Notes: generated by a model from the letters alone, not told the origin. 62,730 bases of DNA, filler included, from Aduncisulcus paluster (GCA_024181965.1; 9 parts of 9 records of this genome joined end to end with filler, not necessarily neighbours in it), one strand, 5' to 3'; shown: positions 43,994-59,000, counted from the first letter of the whole stretch. A program made the numbers and translations.

Positions 43994-46015
43994 ACCTCAA
44001 GACACTCTCCACTGGCGTTGTCAAGATAGTACCCATTCCAGCACTCGACAGCCCAACGATCAGGATACACTTCACGGCACACTTGGTGAGCTGCAGAAGA
44101 CACAGATGCAGAACAATGGCATGTTTGGTCAGAATATGTCAAGGTTGATAGGGTTGGGAATTCGGTTTGCAATTGACTCACAATTCCTTCAATGTCACAG
44201 ATATTATTATCACTGATGTCAAGAGTTGTGAGAACAGCATCAGTATCATCAGGGAATATGGAAGATGTGATGAGAACAGATACATCAGAGATGGAGTTGT
44301 TTGAGAGATCTAAGGATGTCAGTTTGAATTGGTCTGTGGTTGAAGTCTCCAGAAGCAATGGGAGTCAAGTCAAGCACATCACTGATAGCACTCAATCCAC
44401 ATCCACTCGCAGATAATATCCTCAGACCAGAATCAATGGTTCCATAATCATTCGAATATGTCACAGCCTTTGCCAGGATCTGAACAACCAACTTATCATA
44501 CTCAGCATTGGAATTAATATCTCCACTCAAGTCATACCCATCAATATTCAATTCTGTCAACCCAAGTTGCGTGCCTGATTCACTCATACCTTGAGCATAT
44601 TCAAGCCCTTGAAGAGTTGTAATGGAATTCACAGAAGAAATTGAGGTATATGTGTCAACGACATCAGAGAGAGAGAGATAAGTACACTGAAATTTTGAAC
44701 GCATTGTGGCAACACTAATGATCCCATTGGTCTCAAGGTCATCATTTTCATCTAAACATTCTTTAATGATATATTGTCGAATTGAATCATCATGAACAGT
44801 GTAACACTCACCACTGCTCCCTTCCTTCGCAATGAATGCACATTGTTTCTCATTCACATCATCCACACTATTGTACACCTCATTCAGAACTATTGAAGGG
44901 CATGAAGCATTTGAAGTATTACAGTTATATGGGGAGTTTCCAGGATCAGTATTAAGAGGACAACTATTTGGAATAAAGTAAATATCCTTATTGTCTGAGG
45001 AATGAATTGGAAAGACAGTCGTTATAAATGTCCAATAATCGGTATCGTCTTCTGATCTACAGAGAGGTATGAATGCAGAATAATTTGTATTCGCAATATA
45101 CATATAATACAATCCAACATTCCTAAATGAGACAGATATATCATAGATTTGTTCATTCCCATAGATAGCCAATCGATACAATCTATTCAATGTGAACAAG
45201 GATTTGAGATCATAAATATTGTCATTAAAGGTAGTTGAAGTTTGATGAAAATATAAGTGTGATAGTTGTTCAAGGAAAGAAATAGGATAAACTGATGTTA
45301 CATCTGTATTGTCTCCACGGAAAAGATAAATGTTTATCAAATACTGAGCACCTTCAAAGGACGTAATATGGGAACCGTACGAATAAAAATACCCATTTAT
45401 ACCAGCCATTTCAAACTCTGTGACATCACAAAGAGGATCACTATTACCTATAGCATCACACACTTTACCTCTGAACAACTTATCAGGGATATGCACGGAA
45501 TACAATTCATCACAATCGTCACCATACCAAGCAGATCGACACTCAGCAGTTGGAGTTGAATCACCATCTACGAGCGCACACATGTGATAGTCATTAATGG
45601 ATGGACAAACATATGTAGCATCTTCAGCATAACATGAATAATTGGCCTCATCGTAATAGTACCCTTCCTCACACTCGGCTGCATAACGACCAGGATATAC
45701 CTCATTGCACTCCAAATGGTCGTCTTCAGAGATATACATGGAACATTCATTGGACAAATATCCATCACAAAGGACAGACTGGAAGGACAGACTCAGGACA
45801 ACCAAGAAGATGAGGATGGTGGGAATAGATACAGGAATACGAATAAGGGAGAATTTAGAGCAGAAACTATGTCTTTTTTCCATAAATGATCTTGAAGAAC
45901 CAATAATTCCGGGATTCTGTTTTAGGTTCAGAATGGAACTCCGATCTTCATCATCACCCGTGATAATCATAGTATTGTAAGTATCTTCATCAATTTGGTG
46001 TAGGTTATCGTGCAT
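43994..46015 (-). CDS. LRR / Cys-rich (EGF-like) surface protein, 3'-partial, one frameshift near 44340
   Basis: Signal-like hydrophobic segment, C.EVYP.R.A.EC..GYY modules and LxxLxLxxNxIxD repeats; paralogous to 53016-59329. Start uncertain (ATG 46015 or 45883; the ORF is open to 46711). Confidence 0.75.
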
Positions 46016-47973
46016 AATGGTGACATGCCCCTTGATATTGTTGTTTATGTCATTGGAATGGGATTTTTCAACCAGAATATTGTTTTGGACAGAATTAACT
46101 CGATTTAAGCCCGACTGGCCGGGTTGATTCGTATTTTCAAGAGAAGAAGCGAGGGTTTTTTGGCAATAGTTAAGATGAGAGTTTCTGAAGACATGAAAAT
46201 ACCGATTCGTATATCCAGAGAAAGACCCCTTAAAAAAACAACGTTTAGAGTATATGTAACGGTAATGATTGGTGACGTTATTACCGTTGACAAAAATAAA
46301 AAGCATAATACATTGGATTACGACGATTGATAATGAGATAGCAAAGCCTTCTTGTAACAATCCAAATAAAAGGTTATCCGGACTTGAAAGGAAGTGATAT
46401 GAGTTACAACAATCGTTTAGAAGCGGTGCAAAAACAAAAATAAGACTTGAAAAAGGGATTGAAGAGATAGAAATGGACTCTAGCAAAAACCGACCGGCAG
46501 ATATAAGGTGACATATTACGGAATGTAATGTGGCATACATAAATGTAACCCCAGGGATTATAAACTTATAGCGAATAATTCCCAAAAGAACGATAGATAC
46601 GGGACTATCAAGATAGGAAAGAGCGAAAGAATTGAACTCGCCCCATATGTTTCCGAATATCACATGTATGAGCATAATATTAACAAGCCAAACAAAAATA
46701 GTTCCCTTCATGACTTGATTCCGGGCACAAGCAGATGATTGGTTTCCCAGGCGATACTACGGAATATCAACGGGATATACAAATTCTTAATTGGAATCAA
46801 TTTGCATTTAACAACTAAATCTGCCAATATAGATTGAGTATTGTAAAGATATTTCGAGATTACTTTTTTGTTCGTCACTTTCTCGCTAGTATGGAGATGT
46901 TGAAAATTGAACAATGGATAAATCTGTCATATGAGTGTAGTATTTATTATATCGACAAGAGAAATGGATGATGCCTTGATCTTTATGGCCTTTTCAACAA
47001 ACTCGTTGTATCGTTTGTATTTGTTCGAAAATTGCCCCTGATCCTTTGAAAATTTGAACCTTTTTCATGGGGTTTAGAGATTGTCAGAGGTTGGTCATCA
47101 ATCATCATATTTGAATGATATTACAAAGAGTTGAAGTCTTCAACTTGAAGATGACCAACAAAATTGTATCTCTGTTGGCTTCTTTCTTTTTTTTCTATCC
47201 GATCTTTTGAAAGGTGTGACAAATGTAAAAAAAAGTTAGCTTTTATTGCTTGTATTAAATGAAGTGATGCATTGAGTACCATATTGTGAGCTAATTCTTG
47301 ATGATTTAACCCAATGCTGATAGGAAGTTCCTAAGAAACTAAACNNNNNNNNNNNNNNNNNNNNCTTTGAAAATTTGAACCTTTTTCATGGGGTTTAGAG
47401 ATTGTCAGAGGTTGGTCATCAATCATCATATTTGAATGATATTACAAAGAGTTGAAGTCTTCAACTTGAAGATGACCAACAAAATTGTATCTCTGTTGGC
47501 TTCTTTCTTTTTTTTCTATCCGATCTTTTGAAAGGTGTGACAAATGTAAAAAAAAGTTAGCTTTTATTGCTTGTATTAAATGAAGTGATGCATTGAGTAC
47601 CATATTGTGAGCTAATACTTGATGATTTAACCCAATGCTGATAGGAAGTTCCTAAGAAACTAAACTTGTGGATAACTAAAAAGGCAATTTATATTTGATA
47701 CGATTTTATTTGACATGATTAATTTTTGAAGAAAGAAAAGCAAGATAAAATCAACAAGGAAATAAAAATGAGCAAAATAAATCTCTTCAATTCTTCTGTT
47801 TAAAAATATTAGAGAGTTTGCCCACCTTGAGATACCATTCTTTTTCAGTGTGTTTCAGTTGGATTCGACAAAATGACTGAAGTGTACGAAGCAGAGAAGT
47901 AGAAAAAATGTAACCTTACTCGATCAAAACCTCATAACCATACAGACAAACAGATACAGTAAGTCCCTTACAG

Positions 47974-48521
47974 TTACACATGGCTGTGGAGAGTTCTAGA
48001 GATAACCTCGTCTTGTTGCTCCTTGGTAAGTCTGTTGAAGAGAACAGCGTAACCAGACACACGGATGGTGAGCTGAGGATATTTGTGAGGGTTCTTTTGG
48101 GCATCAAGGAGAGTCTCACGGGTCATGACGTTGACGTTAAGGTGGTGAGCACCCTTCTCGAAGTATCCATCGATCAAGGACACAAGAGTACTGATACGCT
48201 CGTCATGGGTCTTTCCAAGGGCACTAGCAGTGATGGAGAAAGTGTTGGAGATACCATCAGCAGCATCCTTGTATGGGAGTTTGGCAACAGAACTCAAAGA
48301 GTTGAGGGCACCAGTGCTATCGGCACCATGGGTGGGAGAGGCACCAGGAGCGAATGGTTCTCCACGCTTACGACCGTCGGGGGTGGAACCAGTCTTCTTT
48401 CCGTACACAACGTTGGAAGTGATGGTGAGGATAGATTGGGAGTGCTCAGCGTTACGGTATGTCTTGTGCTCACGGAGTAAGTTCATGAACTTGGACACAA
48501 CCCAACAAGCAAGGTTATCCA
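47974..48521 (-). CDS. pflB: Pyruvate formate-lyase, C-terminal glycyl-radical domain (5'-partial)
   Basis: [29 protein letters not shown] and [13 protein letters not shown] motifs. Confidence 0.95.
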
Positions 48522-48621
48522 NNNNNNNNNNNNNNNNNNNNNNNNNNNNNNNNNNNNNNNNNNNNTTAATTAATTAANNNNNNNNNNNNNNNNNNNNNNN
48601 NNNNNNNNNNNNNNNNNNNNN

Positions 48622-50688
48622 ACTAAAAGATATAGGTAACTTCTTTGTAATGTCATCACGAACAATATCATCTTCATGAACGCTATCTTCCTCTTCATCA
48701 TAATACTCATATTCATTCTCTGCCTCCTCTTCTTTCTCAATGCTATCTTTAGTACCCTTCTCTCCCTCTTCTTCCCCTTCCTTTTCTTTCTCACCTTCGA
48801 ATAAGGTAGGTTTTTCTTCCTCATCATCAACCTTCATATCAGCACCAATGTCATTCTTCTCTTTCCCGTCGGGTCCAATCTCGACATATCTCAATATTAC
48901 CTCGATTGTACCTTCTTTCTCAGCACTCTCATCGACTATCCTCTGTCTTTGGACATGTCCAAGGGGATAGCACACACGTGGAAGCATGATATCAAACATC
49001 TGGGCATAATAATACACTTGGGTTCCACACACAGCTTGGATTGTGTCACTGACAGTCGTGTCAAGGTTTGAAACCGTATCAGCAACCTTATCTTTCTCAC
49101 CACTGACTGCAAAATCCATTTTTAGCTGCATATATATATTTCTAGCTTCAGAAACCAGAGATGCTCTTGCTTCCTTCTTTTCTCTGAACCTCACAGTACT
49201 CTTATTCAACACACCAACTTGAGGTAGTCTGGACACAATCATAGCACGAACTATGGCTGCATCAAGAGTACTGAACAAGGGGATAGAGTTCAAGGTCAAA
49301 GAAAACAAGTGTGGACAAGGAACGATATAATCAATGGAAGGACGACTCCATTTGCATTCACAACACTCACCACAAGAACATCCTGATATAACCTTGTTAT
49401 CACGCGAAACAACCAAAGAAGAGGCTTGAGTGGTCCCTTTCTCGCCCTCATCATCCCCTCCTTGCTTTTGCTGAGCCAAGAAAAGAGCTTCCCTTGTCAA
49501 GGGAGTGTCTGGAAGACTCAGCAAGGATTCAAGGGTCTTCCAAGATGTAATGTTTATATTATCAATCTTGAGAGCATCCAATTCTGGGAAGACAACGAAA
49601 CTGGGATCTTTCTCTCTCATTTCACAGGTATAAGCTTCAAAGTCGAAGTCTCCAAGCTTAGTATCGTTCAAGGCAAGTGTCCTTAATGTTCTAATTTGGC
49701 CCACGTGCTCAATAATGTCCTCCCAAGAACTCAGAGGATTGTGATTGAGATGGAGGGAAGTGAAATTGGTCTGGAAAGAGTGCAACAATGTCATGAGACG
49801 ATGTCCGGTTGGGGATGCAGCCAAAAAGCTTGGGATATCATTGCGTTCAGCCCGTATTTCTTCGAGGCTGGAGAATAAGAAAGGAAGAGCATAGAAAGCA
49901 TCGGAAGAAAGACCAGTATCTTGAATAAGAAGATGTGTAATGCCTTTAAAATTATCTCTAAGAGAAGATAAACGACTATCATCAGGAATAATTGATTTAA
50001 TTGATGTAATTGATTTTCCAGAAGCAATCATTTTATCATATTCGGCCAACATGGGACCAAATAGTTCATTAAGCTTTCTTTCAGCTTCTTCTGGCGTAGA
50101 AAGATTATGCGGGAGGAATGAATCCTCTCTGAGACCCAATTTGTTTCCATTGAGAAAGACATAGGAAAGATGAGGAGCACATGAACAGATAGTCTCAAAA
50201 TCAACCCAACTAGTCAAAAGACCAAACGAAACATCAAGACTCGTAAGAGATTGTAACATTTTCTTAAGTTCTTCTTTGTCTCCAATGCAATTAATCGGCT
50301 CGTGTTGAAAACCCATGGCAGTTAAATATTCCACCAAAGAAACATGCTTGGCAGCCTCTTTTGCCCCAACAAATTCAACTCCCATTGCTCGCAACTGCTC
50401 TCTACCTTCGTCAGCTAATTGAGATTCATGATATTTCTTGCGAATAGCGCGAACTAAGGAAATAGGCTCATTCAATTTTCTGGGTTTGAGAAAAGCACCC
50501 CTTCCATCTTTGCATTTGAAATATTCTTTGCCCTTAAATGTACCGTTGTACTTTCCAGCGCCATCATTGTCCCATTCAACACCAATAAAATCATTGTCAC
50601 TTTTTGTTCCTGCGATAGGACCAACATATCTAACGGTTCCACAATATTTATCATTGGAAACCCGCTCTCCTACTGAAAACTTATGCAT
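48622..50688 (-). CDS. TBCE: Tubulin-specific chaperone E (CAP-Gly + LRR), 3'-partial
   Basis: GTVRYVG...GVEWD...GKYNGT...YF CAP-Gly domain, VEFVG linker, LRRs and an LRRcap-like IVSRLPQVGVLN motif. Confidence 0.88.
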
Positions 50689-51036
50689 ATTTCCGCGCGA
50701 AAAACGATTTTTGATTTTCTTCTCCTCGGCTTGATTCTCTGAGGAATTATGATATTATCCGTCACCATTTTAATAAAAGCATTGAATTTAAAGGAACAAT
50801 TTTGTGGAAAATAATTATTCCTAAAAGTGGATCTCGAGTTGCCAAGGATTGAAACATATTGGGCGAATAGCCGGGGGAACAAAAGTATTAAGAACAATAT
50901 TAAAGAAAAACTATTTATTTAGATTGGTTTTTCATTATTAAAAACTGAATGACCTTTTCAATCCGACAGAAGAACAATTTCGGATTTTTCGCAGGGAATT
51001 AACAATTTAAATCTGTATCACAAAATATTTTAGGAT

Positions 51037-52915
51037 ATGGTATGTATTTTAATCTTTTTTCATTTGTAATTCGTTCTAAACCGATAAGTATTTACATCAT
51101 TTTCTGAATTCGCTTTTCTAGGAAAAAAAGAAGAAGATATATATGGATCATTACTGCTCCTCTCTTGCAGAGCATCAACCCCATTGGACTACAAGAAATT
51201 CTTTACCAGTTCCTTTCCCTCCGGGTCTTAATTTTTTCGTTCAAGATATTGACTGTGATTCATGCAAAGAAGCTCCTATAGTTGAATATGCCAAACCTAC
51301 ATACCGTAATTATGTTCCTGTATCAACGTTAAAGATGGCAGCCACTGATATGGTCCAGCCAGTAGAAATTGATCGGAAAGCCAAGCGTAGTGAAGCATTG
51401 GATGTTGCTAATCAGTATGAAGAAGAGCGTGAACATGCAAAAGATGTTATTGTTAAGCATATCAAGTCTATAAATGAAAAATATAAATCAGAAATATCTA
51501 AAAAATCTCGAATCATTAAAATCTATAACAAACGAATTATCGAACTGGAAATTAAATTAAAACAGATTATCGCAGAATCAAAGGGGAGTGAAGACAGTGA
51601 AGAGATCACAGATCCCGTCCATAGTTCTGAAGGTCAGGTTGAACTGAGTAGTTCCAAGGAAGAACCAAGTCAACAAGAGTCAAGTCAACAAGAGTCAAGT
51701 CAACAAGATGAAGAGTATTCAAAGGAGAAGGAGTCCGAATCAACACCCTTTGTCAAGGAGAAAAGTCAAGAAGATATCCATCTTGAGGATCAAACTTCTG
51801 AAGAAAAAAAGAAGAAAGAAGAAGAAAAAAAGAAGAAAGAAGAAGAAAAAAAGAAGAAAGAAGAAGAAAAAAAGAAGAAAGAAGAAGAAAAGAGGAAGAA
51901 AGAGGAAGAAAAGAGGAAGAAAGAGGAAGAAAAGAAGAGAAGAGAGGGAAGAAGAAGAAAGGAGAAAGAAAGAAGAGAAGAAAAGAAAAGCTGAAGAAAA
52001 GAAGAAGAAAGAAGCAGAGAGGAAGAAGAGAGAAGAAAGAAGAAAGAAGAAGGAAGAAGAGAGGGGGAAGAAGGAAAACGAAAACAGGAAAAAGGAAAAC
52101 GAAGAAAGGAAGTTGAAAAACGAAGAGAAAAGGAAGCGAAACGAAGAGAAAAGGAAAAGTAACGAGGAGAAAAGGAAGCGAAACGAAGAGAAAAGGAAGC
52201 GAAACGAGGAAATGAGAAAGAAAAAGGAAGAAAAGGAAAGAATCTTGGCTCTCCGGAAGAAAACTGAAGAAGAAAAGCAGAAACGAGAAGCAGAAAAGAA
52301 AAAGAGAAGAAAGGAAGGAGAAGAAAGGAAGAAAGACAAACAAGAAAAGAAAAAGAACAGTGAAAAGCTGAAAGATGAAGCAAAGAAGCAAAGAGAAGAG
52401 CATAAAAGGTCAATAGAACAACGTAAGAAAGAAAACGAAGAAATTCGAAAGAAAAACGAAGAAATTCGAAAGAAAAACGAAGAAATTCGAAAGAAAAACG
52501 AAGAAATGTTGAGAAAACAGGAAGAAAGAAGAGCCAAAATTGCTGAACGAAAGAAGAAGAATGAAGAAATTCGAAAGAAAAACGAAGAAATTCGAAAGAA
52601 AAACGAAGAAATTCGAAAGAAAAACGAAGAAATGTTGAGAAAACAGGAAGAAAGAAGAGCCAAAATTGCTGAACGAAAGAAGAAGAATGAAGAAATTCGA
52701 AAACTCAATTCTGAGCTTTTGCAGAAACGAGAAGAGAAGAAGAAGAGAAGAGAGGAAGAAGAGAAGAGAAAGAAAGAAGTTAAAGAAGCCAAAGCCGCAG
52801 AATTGAAAAGAAAGCTTGAAGATAAGCAAAAATGGAAAGAAGAGAGAAGGAAAGAGAGAGAAGATAAATTAAATACCTTAGAAAAACAACGTGAAGATGC
52901 CCAAGAATCTGATCG
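51037..52915 (+). CDS. Lys/Glu/Arg-rich repeat protein, 3'-partial; intron 51040-51121; frameshift in purine repeat near 51950
   Basis: ATG|GTATGT...TTCTAG|GAA joins in frame to ORF 51143. 21-bp (RKKNEEI; KKKKEEE) and 120-bp tandem repeats. Confidence 0.65.
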
Positions 52916-53015
52916 NNNNNNNNNNNNNNNNNNNNNNNNNNNNNNNNNNNNNNNNNNNNTTAATTAATTAANNNNNNNNNNNNNNNNNNNNNNNNNNNNN
53001 NNNNNNNNNNNNNNN

Positions 53016-56000
53016 TATCGATTTTTCAGATTTTTCGAACATTATGGAGATGGATTTGCAGAATAATTTAACTTTTGATATCACAGTTGTGAATCTCTTG
53101 CCTTCTACCCTCACTTCTCTCAACCTCAGTGGATGTGTCAACTTCTTAAATACATACAATCTTCCCTCATCCTTGGTATCCCTCTATTTGGATGACGTTG
53201 GTGTTGGAGCTTCTACGTCCTTTGCTGCATTCACTGGCCTTGAGACATTGTCTCTTGTGAACAGCTCTTCTTTCAACATGAGCAGTTCTTCACAATTACC
53301 CTCTTCTCTGAAATATCTGGATCTTGGTGGGTGTTCAAGCTTCGACGGACTCTCATATCTTCCGACTGGTTTAACTACTCTGAGTCTTGATGGCGTTGGG
53401 ATTGCTGCCGATACCTCCTTCGTCTCCTTTTCCAGTTTGACGACTCTGTCTGTTGCAAACAATCCTCTGTACAATGTTGCCTCTGCTGGAGAGTTTCCGA
53501 GTACGATCACCTCTCTTGATATCAGTGGATGTTCCTCGTTTGATGGGTTGGATTACTTGCCAACGGATATTGAAGCCTTATATTTGGATGATTGGACCAT
53601 TTCGGATTCAATTTCATTCACAGGATTTTCCTCTTTATTAAAACTATCTCTTCGTAATTCCCTTCCTGATACGTTGACTCTTTCAAGATCCGACCTTTTC
53701 CCAAGTTCCATGACATCTCTTGATATTTCCGAAAATCAGATTTCAGATCTTTCTATCATTATTACTGATGGAGTTTTTACCTCAGATAGTTTGCAATCAT
53801 TGATAATTGAAGACAATTACATCTGTGATATTTCTGAAGTTGTTGAAACATTGAATGCCTTTTTTGATGTTGATGTGATTGATTCATACTCAGGTCAGAA
53901 TTGTCCATGTTCTGAATATGGTTCATTTTCAAGTCATAAAGTTTGTCGTGAAGTCTATGATGATCGTTGGTCCATGGAATGCTGGAATGGTTTTTATTAC
54001 GATGAGGATAATCGTGAATGTATTAGAGCATGTGAGGCCGATTATGCAGCCGATGAAAATGATGAGTGCATTTCAAGTAGTGGAGCTCCTGATAACTTGA
54101 CAATTTGTGGAACTTGTGAAGCCGATGATAAACTCATGGCTGTGCTCAACTCCTCTGGTGATGTTGAATGTAGCTGTAGAACTTGCTGGTATGATGATTC
54201 ATGTGAATCATTGTACGAAGTCCACATCCCATCCCCTGACGCCCGAAAGAAAATATGTAGTTATGTTGGGTATGGAGAGTCTTTGTGTGACGTGTCCAAG
54301 CTTGAATTGACAGATTTTGATGGGAATTTTGTTGGAGATTATAATAATTTGACAACTGTGGAAGGAATTGACTTGATGTCATATGTTTCATCTGTTGATC
54401 TCTCTGATAATATGATTACTAATATCAACTCCCTTCAATCCTTGAATCAAATGACTTCACTTTTCTTGTATTCTTCTGACCCTTCCCAATACGCAATGGA
54501 TATATCAGATATTTCACCTCTCGAGGGATTATCTCGAATTCACGAGTGTGAGCTTTATGGAAACTCTAATTTGTTCGATATTTCACCTCTTTATCATAAT
54601 GTTGCACTGACTGATCTAAAATTATCCAACACTGATTCCTCAGATTCTTTGATTCCTCTGTGTCACTCTGAAAATGATTCAAAATTTTGGGATTTCTTAG
54701 TGATGGTGTTCCCAGTCCACAATTCCGATGGTTCAGACAAGCAAGTTTATACTCTTCCCTCTTCATGTTCCCTTAATGCTAATAGTATGTCCACACCTTA
54801 CAACTGTAGTCTCACCGATCATCCTGATTTGTGTCCTTCCATTATCCAAAACGAGGTGTATAATCATTCTTCAGGTTCGAAAGAATGTGCCTCTATTGCC
54901 AAATCATCTGGTTCTGTTGAAAGTGGAAACTTGAAATGTTATTCGATTCATGATGACGTCTTGAGAGATTTTATCATTTCATCATTTGACATAGATACCT
55001 CTGATACAAATGGAATTGTTCCTGTTTCTATTATTAGAACCAGTGTTAATGGGTCTCTGGATTTATCTTCCCTCACTGATGTTTCTACTCTGAGAGGTTT
55101 AGAGTTTGCAAACAATATTACTTCCTTAACACTTGATGGGTATGATTTGAGCAGTTCAAATGAAAATTTGGAGTATGATTTGTTTGTGATCCGAACTTTG
55201 ACAACCGCGGTTTATCACAGCGATGGTTTAGATTCTGGATTAGTTTCTCTGTTTGCTAGTGGGTGTGGTATTGAAAGAATTGAAGATATTCTTGATTTAA
55301 CTCCAATTCATGAAGATGATGAATACACTCAACCTTCAAAGCTCATCAACCTTAATCTCTCTGATAATGAAATATCTGATGTTTCTGTGCTGTTACGGGA
55401 CGATCTTTTCCCCGTGGATACTCTCATTTCCCTGAACATTGATTATAACTTTATCTGTGACATTGACAATGTGGTTTCTGCCCTTAACGATCATTTCACA
55501 AAATTAATGACAGTTTACTCGTCAGCATCTGTTCAAAGCTGTATGTGTTCAACCGAACCCTCTTTTGCTGAACACAAGGTGTGTAGACTGGGAGATGCCG
55601 GAAAGTGGGCTGCCGAATGTTGGAGTGGGTATTATCTCGATAAAGATACAAATGAGTGTATCAAGACATGTTCCTTAGAATATGCTCTTAATTCCTATAC
55701 CAATGAATGTGAGCCTGATACCTCAGTTAGAGTTAATAACAGTGGAAGGTATGATATTTGTGTTGATGAATACAATGAAGTGGCCGTTATGACCTCTGGA
55801 GATGATAGAGTGACTTGTGGTTGTTTGGAAGGTTGGTGTGGTGATACTTGTGAGTATGTCGATGTTCCCGACGATAATCTCCGGAGTGCTGTGTGTCTAG
55901 CCGTAACTCCAGCTCACGATTCAGATTGTAATGACTTGTCTCCTGATGATATGATGACCCTTCTATCCGTTGAAGTGAATAATGTGACAACTTATAAAGG

Positions 56001-59000
56001 TTTGAACTTTGCCAAGGCTCTCACATCCTTCTCTGTATCTGGATCTGATGGTTTTACAATAGGAAACGATGAGATATCATATCTTTCTTCATCAATTGAA
56101 ACGTTAACTTTGAATTCTGTATCTCTAGAAGCTGATATTGACTTTTCTTCCTTTGAAAATCTTGTAAGTTTGACTATACAAGGGAATACATCCTATGGAA
56201 TTACTCAATCGGGGCTTTTCCCGAGTTCTCTCATGTATTTGGATGTTACAGGATGTACCAGTGTCGTAATTCCCGATTTCTTTGTGAATATGACAGATTC
56301 AAACGATGACATAATTGGTTTAACTTCTTTGATTTTGGCTGATACCCAAATTGTTTCGCTGACTTCAATTCCTGAGACATTGGAATATTTGGATATAAAT
56401 GGAACAAATGTCACAGATTTATCTCCTCTTCTCATTTCCATTGTCGATGATCAAAATGTCAACACATCTTTGACAACTCTTATCATGGATTCAACGGATT
56501 TGAATGACAGATCTCAAATCGCTTCAATCACTGGTCTCACAACCTTGAGCATGGATAATTGTGATGTGAATGATTCAGATTTGATATATTTTGTGTCGCT
56601 TGATCTTGAGAATTTGTCTTTGGCAAACAATGTAATTTCTGATGTGTCTTTCCTTCTCTATCTAGCCGATTCTATTATTTCCGTTGATCTTAGTGGAAAT
56701 GCCATTTGCGGAGAAGATACTACAACTGCCTGGCTCCAAGCTAACTTCCCCAATTTAGTGACCTTTGAGGTATCCTCACAGGATGAAACTGCTTGTATCA
56801 ATTGTACTTCTACTTCGTTTTATCCAGATCCCTCCGTGGTGGATAATATTCTCTGTAAAAAGATATGGGAATGGGATGATGGTGGTAGTGTGGTTGAAAA
56901 TTGGAGAGCGGAATGTTCTTTGTTTAGTTATAGAGATTACAATGAGGATACGATTCTAACTTGTTCAAGCTTATCTACTGACTCTATTGATGATTGTGTT
57001 TACACTAGTATTTCAAACAGTCTGACTCAATGTTTAAAACCTGCTTCTGACGATCCTAGCAGCGAACCAATAGTTAGTGGATGTATCGAGGGTTGGGATG
57101 GCGGCGATTGTAGCATGACCTGTCCACTTGATGAATATGATCCTGCTCTTACCGAAGTTTGTGGATCTGATGATCGAGCTTTCTTGGCTCCTCATGGAAC
57201 ATGTGATTATTCAACCCATTTGTGTGAGTGTGATGATGACTACGAAGGAGATGCCTGTGAATTTGTTAAGTTTGCTGATTCAAATCTGGAAACTTACCTG
57301 TGTTCTTTGGCATCAAGTCCTATTTCTTGTACCGATGATGGTAAGATTATTCCTTCCCAAATGAAGAATCTCACGACATTAGATATTTCTGGATCCAGTA
57401 TTACTGATCTCGGCGGTCTCAAATTCGCAATTAATTTGAAGGTTCTTGATTTCACAGGATTGTCATTCGATGCCTCCGCATCAACAACCTTCGATTTTTC
57501 TGAATTTTCTGGGTTATCGTATCTTGAAACATTGATAATTTCTGAGAGTAACATTGTCTTATCTTCTGTGATTCTTGCAAACTTACCTTCCTCAATTCTG
57601 ACCCTTGTTGCCAATGATGTTGATTTACAAGCAGGAGTTGATTTTAGTGATCTTACTTCTCTAACCAGTTTGTATATCCAAGATAATGCCAATTTTGACC
57701 TGACAGCTCAAGGATTGTTCCCATCTTCCCTCATAACTTTGGATGTTTCAAATTGTAGTGGACTTACCTTCCCTTCCTTCTTCTCTTACCTTACGACTTC
57801 TGACGGATCATCTTTGACTTCTCTGAGTGAAATAATCTTTGATGGAAGCTCTTTGTCTTCATTTGAGTCTATTCCCACTCATATAACATCTGTATCTGCT
57901 AACAATTGTGCAAATATCACTGATTTCTCAACTGTGTCTTCCTTGTCAAATGTCACAAGCTTGAAGATGAGTGGAATCGGTGTGTCTCAAACATATTCCA
58001 TATATGAATTTGGAAGTTTGATAAAATTACAAACTCTAGATATTTCGAGTAATTTAATTTCTGATGTTTCGCCATTGTATCATTTGGTGAATTTGAGGAA
58101 TTTAGATGTCTCAAATAACATTCTCTGTGAAGGAACTGGCGATGAATCCGATTTGGAAGGAAAGTTTACAGTATCTTCAATTTCTTCTTTCACAACATTT
58201 GGGGCAAGTGGTCAAAGTGGATGTGAATGTTCAACAGATTTGAGTTCCATCAATGCTTTCACAGAAAACAAGGTGTGTGCTGAAACAAAGCCTGGGTCTG
58301 GTTCATGGCATATTGTATGTGCGAGTAATAGTCATACTGTTTATTCTTCCGCAACTGAATTTACCTGTGCCGATTCATTGCCATGTAATGGTGGATGTTC
58401 TTATGGAACCGAGTGTAGAACAAACACAAATAATCCTTCATCATGTAAGAGTGTGATTATTGATGATGATTTCAGATCCTATATTGGAGGTGTTCTTGAT
58501 CCTCTTCATGTGGATACTTCTGTTGATCCTCCTCTTATGAGTGTTTCCTCATTATTCACTCTTGATTCTTCAAATTCTCTGTCCTATTCCAATGATATTT
58601 CAACACTGGATGGACTTGAGCATCTTATCAATGTTGAAGTTTTGCAGTTTGGTAATTGTCCTTCTATCTCTGATGTATCTCCAATTTCTACACTTACGAA
58701 TCTTGTTACTTTGACTATTAATAGTGCTTCTATCGATTCATCGGTATCTAGTTTGGCAAACTTGGTTAATTTAGAATTTTTGAAATTGAGTGCTATTGAT
58801 TCATACAACACAACAATTGTTAATTCAAATTTAACAAACTTTAAAAATATGACAAGTTTGAAAACATTCAACATAAAGGGTATGGTTAATATTACAACGT
58901 TACCAACTTTTCAGACTTCATTACTCACATCTTTGAATGTATCCAATACTGGAATAACATCTACAGATCCATTCTCATTCCAATATGTTTCATTAACACA

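Noticed and set aside
5775-47664. Near-exact 200-300 bp tandem duplications at ~5975, 11902, 34355, 39199 and 47345
   Set aside because: Each is centred on a 20-N gap, so these are unmerged contig overlaps, not real duplications.
47980-48577. Antisense ORFs over PFL
   Set aside because: Explained by the codon bias of the sense gene; no protein motifs.
14449-50688. Apparent cluster of microtubule/mitosis genes (Mps1-like, GCP3, HAUS6, DNAAF3, TBCE)
   Set aside because: They lie on different concatenated contigs, so adjacency is not informative.
51708-52829. Long overlapping and antisense ORFs in several frames (also in 25275-32527 and 2568-4052)
   Set aside because: By-product of purine-rich low-complexity repeats that contain few stop codons.
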